Part shown: positions 60,417 through 64,000 of the stretch, piece after piece
How positions within the stretch are numbered: the first letter of the stretch is position 1
Layout of the letters: every line of letters starts with the position of its first letter
Source: Candidatus Aminicenantes bacterium
GTDB taxonomy: Bacteria; Acidobacteriota; Aminicenantia; Aminicenantales; JAFGBC01
Length of the DNA stretch: 64,000 bases
Direction of reading: 5' to 3'
Assembly (NCBI GenBank): GCA_963702005.1
Contig: OY969696.1
Span: 1,568,001-1,632,000 of the forward strand
The notes under the pieces: model-generated
The model's input: the letters and a program-made list of their open reading frames with translations, nothing else
The model's database searches: none
Told to the model about the DNA's origin: nothing
Translations under genes and position numbers: made by a program

Positions 60417-61810
60417 GACCCCGGCTCGTCGCCATCGTCCTGGCCGCCGGCCAAGGAACCCGGTTCAAGTCGAGCCGGGCCAAAGTTCTCCATACCCTGC
60501 TGGGGAAGTCCATGCTCCGGCTGACCCTGGACACGGTCCGGGCTCTCAAGCCGGATCGGATCGTCGTCGTCGTCGGCCATCAGAAGACCGATGTCATGCG
60601 CGAGGCCGAAGGGCTCGGCGTCTCCTTCGCCCACCAGAAGGAGCGGCTCGGGACGGCCCACGCCGTGAGGGCCGCCCGGCCGGCCCTGCGCGGATACGAC
60701 GCCGCGGACATCCTCGTCATCAACGCCGACCTTCCCATCCTCCGGCCCGAGACGGTCCGACCCCTCATCGTCCAGCACCGCCGGAAGGGCCAGGCCCTGA
60801 CTTTTATGACGGCCGACCTCGAGGACCCCTCCGGGTTCGGCCGGGTCGTGCGCGGCGAGCGCGGGCTGCGCATCGTCGAGGAGCGGGAAGCTTCGCCGGC
60901 CGAGCGGGCCCTGCGCGAGGTCAACGCCGGCGTCTACGTTTTCAAGGCCGCGGACCTTTTAAAGGCTCTGCCCCGCGTCTCCAACAAAAACCGCAAAGGC
61001 GAATATTATCTGACCGACCTCATCGAAATCATCGGACGGTGGGGGAAGGTCGGCCTTCTCAAGGCTCAGGACCCGGACGAGGTCCTGGGGATCAACACGC
61101 GCTGGGAGCTCGCCAAGGCCGCGGCCGTCCTGCGCGACAGGAAACTCAAGGCCCTGGCTGAGGAAGGGGTCAGCTTCGCCGATCCCGCCACGACTTGGGT
61201 CGACCTCGAGGGGGAGATCGGTCCGGACTCGACGGTCGGGCCCGGCGTCGTTATCGAGGGCCGGACGACGATCGGGGCGCGCTGCCGCATCGCCCCCTAC
61301 GCTCACATCAAGGATTCCGTCCTCGAGGACGGCGTGGAGGTCCGGACGGCGACCGTCGTCGAGGGCTGTCGTCTCGAGGCGGGGGCGGGGGTGGGTCCGT
61401 TCGCCCGGCTTAGGCGCGGGACGATCGTCCGTGCCGGCGCCCATGTCGGGAATTTCGTCGAGATGAAGAAGACGGATTTCGGCCGAGGCTCCAAGGCCGG
61501 CCATCTCAGCTACCTGGGCGACGCCAAGGTTGGGCCCGACGTCAACATCGGCGCCGGGACGATCACCTGCAACTTCGACGGCGTCGCCAAAAACAAGACC
61601 ATCATCGGCGAGGGCGTCTTCATCGGCTCGGGAACCGAGCTGGTGGCGCCGGTCACGGTCGGGAAGGGGGCCTACGTCGCGGCCGGCTCGACCATCACCA
61701 AAGACGTTTCGGCCGACGCCCTGGCCGTGGCCCGGAAGCGCCAGGTCGAGAGGGCGGGCTGGGCGGCCCGCCGCCGCGCCAAGCGGTCCTCCCCGCATCA
61801 CGGTTCATAA
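60413..61810 (+). CDS. glmU: Bifunctional UDP-GlcNAc pyrophosphorylase/glucosamine-1-P acetyltransferase
   Basis: LAAGQGTRFKS, EYYLTD, GNFVEMK, HLSYLGD, hexapeptide repeats. Confidence 0.95.
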   Translation: MRPRLVAIVLAAGQGTRFKSSRAKVLHTLLGKSMLRLTLDTVRALKPDRIVVVVGHQKTDVMREAEGLGVSFAHQKERLGTAHAVRAARPALRGYDAADILVINADLPILRPETVRPLIVQHRRKGQALTFMTADLEDPSGFGRVVRGERGLRIVEEREASPAERALREVNAGVYVFKAADLLKALPRVSNKNRKGEYYLTDLIEIIGRWGKVGLLKAQDPDEVLGINTRWELAKAAAVLRDRKLKALAEEGVSFADPATTWVDLEGEIGPDSTVGPGVVIEGRTTIGARCRIAPYAHIKDSVLEDGVEVRTATVVEGCRLEAGAGVGPFARLRRGTIVRAGAHVGNFVEMKKTDFGRGSKAGHLSYLGDAKVGPDVNIGAGTITCNFDGVAKNKTIIGEGVFIGSGTELVAPVTVGKGAYVAAGSTITKDVSADALAVARKRQVERAGWAARRRAKRSSPHHGS

Positions 61811-61830
61811 TTTTCCACGCCGGCCGTCGA

Positions 61831-61859
61831 TTGACATCGATTTGGAGAGCCACTATCAT
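61831..61859 (+). promoter_or_regulatory. Sigma70 promoter TTGACA-17-TATCAT
   Basis: Near-consensus, 9 nt before ATG 61869. Confidence 0.7.
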
Positions 61860-61868
61860 CTTTGGGGC

Positions 61869-64000
61869 ATGCTCATGATTCGCTACGGCGAAGGCTGGTA
61901 TCCGGAAGAGCGCGACGACATCGCGGCCTATCGCTGGATGATGCCCGAGGCGTCCTTCCGCCTTGACGTCCCGGCCGCGCCGAAGCCAAGGTATCTGCGA
62001 ATCGTCGCCGGCCACGGCTTCAATCCCCCGGAACCTTTGATCCTCGAAGTTTTCGCCGGCGGCCGCAGCCTGGGCCGGCGGCGGATCGATCCGTCCTTCG
62101 GCTCTTATGTCTTCCCGTTGGTTGAGGCGGGGGAGACGGAGTTCCGTCTGCGCTTGAACCAGATTATGCACGTCCCGGGTGACCCGCGCGAGTTTGGACT
62201 CATGATTAGGGCCGTTGAAATTCTATCGCCGCCCGCGATCGAAGCATTCCTCGAGGGCTGGTATCTGCCCGAGGCCGACGGATCGCGCTGGATGAAGCCG
62301 GAAGCCGTGTGCTTCTTCGCGGATCTTCCCGCCCGCGGACCAAAGTACCTGCGCATTGTCGCCGGCCACGGCTTCGAATCGGCCAATCCGCCGATCCTCG
62401 AAGTCTTTGCCAACGGCCGCAGCCTGGGCCGGCGGCGGATCGACCCGTCCTTTCATTCCTACGCTTTTCCCGTCGTCGAGTCGGGCGACGCGGAATTCCG
62501 TTTCCGCTTGAACGAGACTTTTCAGATTCCGGGAGATCCCCGCCCCCTGGGGCTCATGGTCAGGGCCGTCGAAGTCCTGACGCCGCCCGCGATCGAGACA
62601 TTCCTTGAAGGCTGGTACCCCCGCGATGCCGATGGCTCGCGCTGGATGAAGCCGGAAGCCGTGTGCTTCTTCGCCGATCTTCCCGCCCGGGAGCCCAAGT
62701 ACCTACGCGTCATCGCCGGCCACGGTTTCGAATCGGCCAATCCGCCGGTCCTCGAAGTCTTTGCCAACGGCCGCAGCCTGGGCCGGCGGCGGATCGACCC
62801 GTCCTTTCATCCCTACGCTTTTCCCGTCGTCGAGTCGGGCGACGTGGAATTCCGTTTCCGCTTGAACGAAACGTTTCATATTCCGGGAGATCCCGGGCCC
62901 CGCGGGCTCATGGTTCGGGCCGTCGAAGTCCTCTCGCCGCCCGCCATCGAGACATTCCTCGAAGGCTGGTACCCTCCCGAGGCCGACGGCTCGCGTTGGA
63001 TGAAGCCCGAGGCAAGGTGCTTCTTTGCCGGGCCTGCCGAAGGCGAGACGGCCTATCTCCGGCTCGCGGCCGGTCATCCCTTCGCCGGCGCCCGGCCCCG
63101 GCTGACTATCTTGGCCAACGGAAACGTTAAAGCCGAGATTGAAATCCCTTACGGAGAGAAGGAGTACTGGATTCCGCTGGGGTCGGCTTCCCCCTTCTGC
63201 GAGCTGGAGCTCCGGGTCGACGGAGAGTTAGAGACCGGAGATACCGGTGACGAACGCCGGCTCGGCTTGCTGGTCAGGAGCATCGGCGTCCTTGTCCCGG
63301 ACGCGCAAGCGCCTCTCTATGCCAAGGGAATCCTGGGCTGGGAGGAAGGCGATCTCGTCCCCTTCACCTGGATCGGACGGGAGGCCTCGGCCTATCTGGC
63401 TCGCGCCACGCTCAGGGGCTGCCGCCATGCGATTTTTTACGCCTGCACCGAGTTCGCCAACCTCACCCAGACGTTGTCCCTATCCTTGAACGGACATCGC
63501 CTCGCTGAAATCCCGCTCCTCTATAAATGGAACGCCTACAGCATCCCGCTTCCCCCTGACCCTCCTTCCGAAGGGGAGCCGATCGAGCTGACGTTCTCCG
63601 TCAACAAGCTCTTCCCCGCCAAATACCACCCGGAGGACCGCCGGGACCTCGGCATCCGGATCAGCCGCTTGGAGTTCAGCAACGATGATGATCTCCATCG
63701 GGATATGGTTTTTTTCCTTGATAACGCCGTCAAAAACTACCGGGAGATGCGGGAAGGGAAAATCGTCCTCGGCTCCTATCCGACCAACCTGGGAGTCGAT
63801 ATCTACTCCAAGTGCAACATCCAGCCCCATTGCGTGTATTGTCTCTGGGACCAGATGAAGGTCATGGAAGGGGAGTGGGCCGACGTCGTGGTCGATGAAA
63901 AGACGCTCCGCGGCTACGGGCCTTTTTTCCTTTCGGCGCGGACGCTCGTCAACTGCTCTTTCGGCGAGCCGCTCCTTCATCCCCGGCTCGGAGAAATCCT
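61869..64000 (+). CDS. Partial radical SAM protein with five N-terminal tandem beta-rich domains (runs off window end)
   Basis: Manually translated, no stop in 710 codons; GWY..E...RW...D.R..G domains; CNIQPHCVYC at 63813-63842; FGEPLLHP. Confidence 0.85.
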   Translation, partial: MLMIRYGEGWYPEERDDIAAYRWMMPEASFRLDVPAAPKPRYLRIVAGHGFNPPEPLILEVFAGGRSLGRRRIDPSFGSYVFPLVEAGETEFRLRLNQIMHVPGDPREFGLMIRAVEILSPPAIEAFLEGWYLPEADGSRWMKPEAVCFFADLPARGPKYLRIVAGHGFESANPPILEVFANGRSLGRRRIDPSFHSYAFPVVESGDAEFRFRLNETFQIPGDPRPLGLMVRAVEVLTPPAIETFLEGWYPRDADGSRWMKPEAVCFFADLPAREPKYLRVIAGHGFESANPPVLEVFANGRSLGRRRIDPSFHPYAFPVVESGDVEFRFRLNETFHIPGDPGPRGLMVRAVEVLSPPAIETFLEGWYPPEADGSRWMKPEARCFFAGPAEGETAYLRLAAGHPFAGARPRLTILANGNVKAEIEIPYGEKEYWIPLGSASPFCELELRVDGELETGDTGDERRLGLLVRSIGVLVPDAQAPLYAKGILGWEEGDLVPFTWIGREASAYLARATLRGCRHAIFYACTEFANLTQTLSLSLNGHRLAEIPLLYKWNAYSIPLPPDPPSEGEPIELTFSVNKLFPAKYHPEDRRDLGIRISRLEFSNDDDLHRDMVFFLDNAVKNYREMREGKIVLGSYPTNLGVDIYSKCNIQPHCVYCLWDQMKVMEGEWADVVVDEKTLRGYGPFFLSARTLVNCSFGEPLLHPRLGEI
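61890..63030 (+). repeat. Intragenic 354-bp (118-aa) tandem repeat
   Basis: TGGATG (Trp-Met) anchors at 61935, 62289, 62643 and 62997; the middle copies are nearly identical at DNA level. Confidence 0.9.

Noticed and set aside
61890-63030. Diversity-generating retroelement template/variable repeat pair
   Set aside because: Repeats are in-frame tandem protein domains, differences are not adenine-specific, and no reverse transcriptase is in the window

Overview
GC-rich bacterial chromosome segment, mostly core genes. Gene content and order suggest a diderm anaerobe such as Ca. Aminicenantes/Acidobacteriota (inference only). It holds a dcw cluster (mraZ-rsmH-ftsL-ftsI-murE-murF-mraY-murD-ftsW-murG-murC-ftsQ-ftsA-ftsZ) running into hutI, psd-pssA, gyrB-gyrA, dnaG-rpoD-tRNA(CAT)-Zn-ribbon, larB, lpxC, glmU and many secreted peptidases/amidohydrolases. 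The main structure not explained by the ORF track is as follows. (1) Two related palindromic elements are each bounded by TTGAC direct repeats, and the distal TTGAC is the -35 box of a near-consensus sigma70 promoter; one element is a nest of hairpin cassettes, and the pair brackets an uncharacterised YtkA-like/beta-barrel/FMN-bind-like/MacB-type ABC operon. (2) A second REP-like repeat family lies around lpxC and encloses what looks like an internally deleted Y1 (RAYT-like) transposase. (3) An ORF missing from the track (61869 to window end) has five tandem ~118-aa domains fused to a CX5CX2C radical SAM domain. (4) GyrA has a ~100-aa Lys/Asp-rich N-terminal extension. (5) Several genes appear leaderless. 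Three single-base homopolymer frameshifts, one in gyrA, are most likely sequencing errors.
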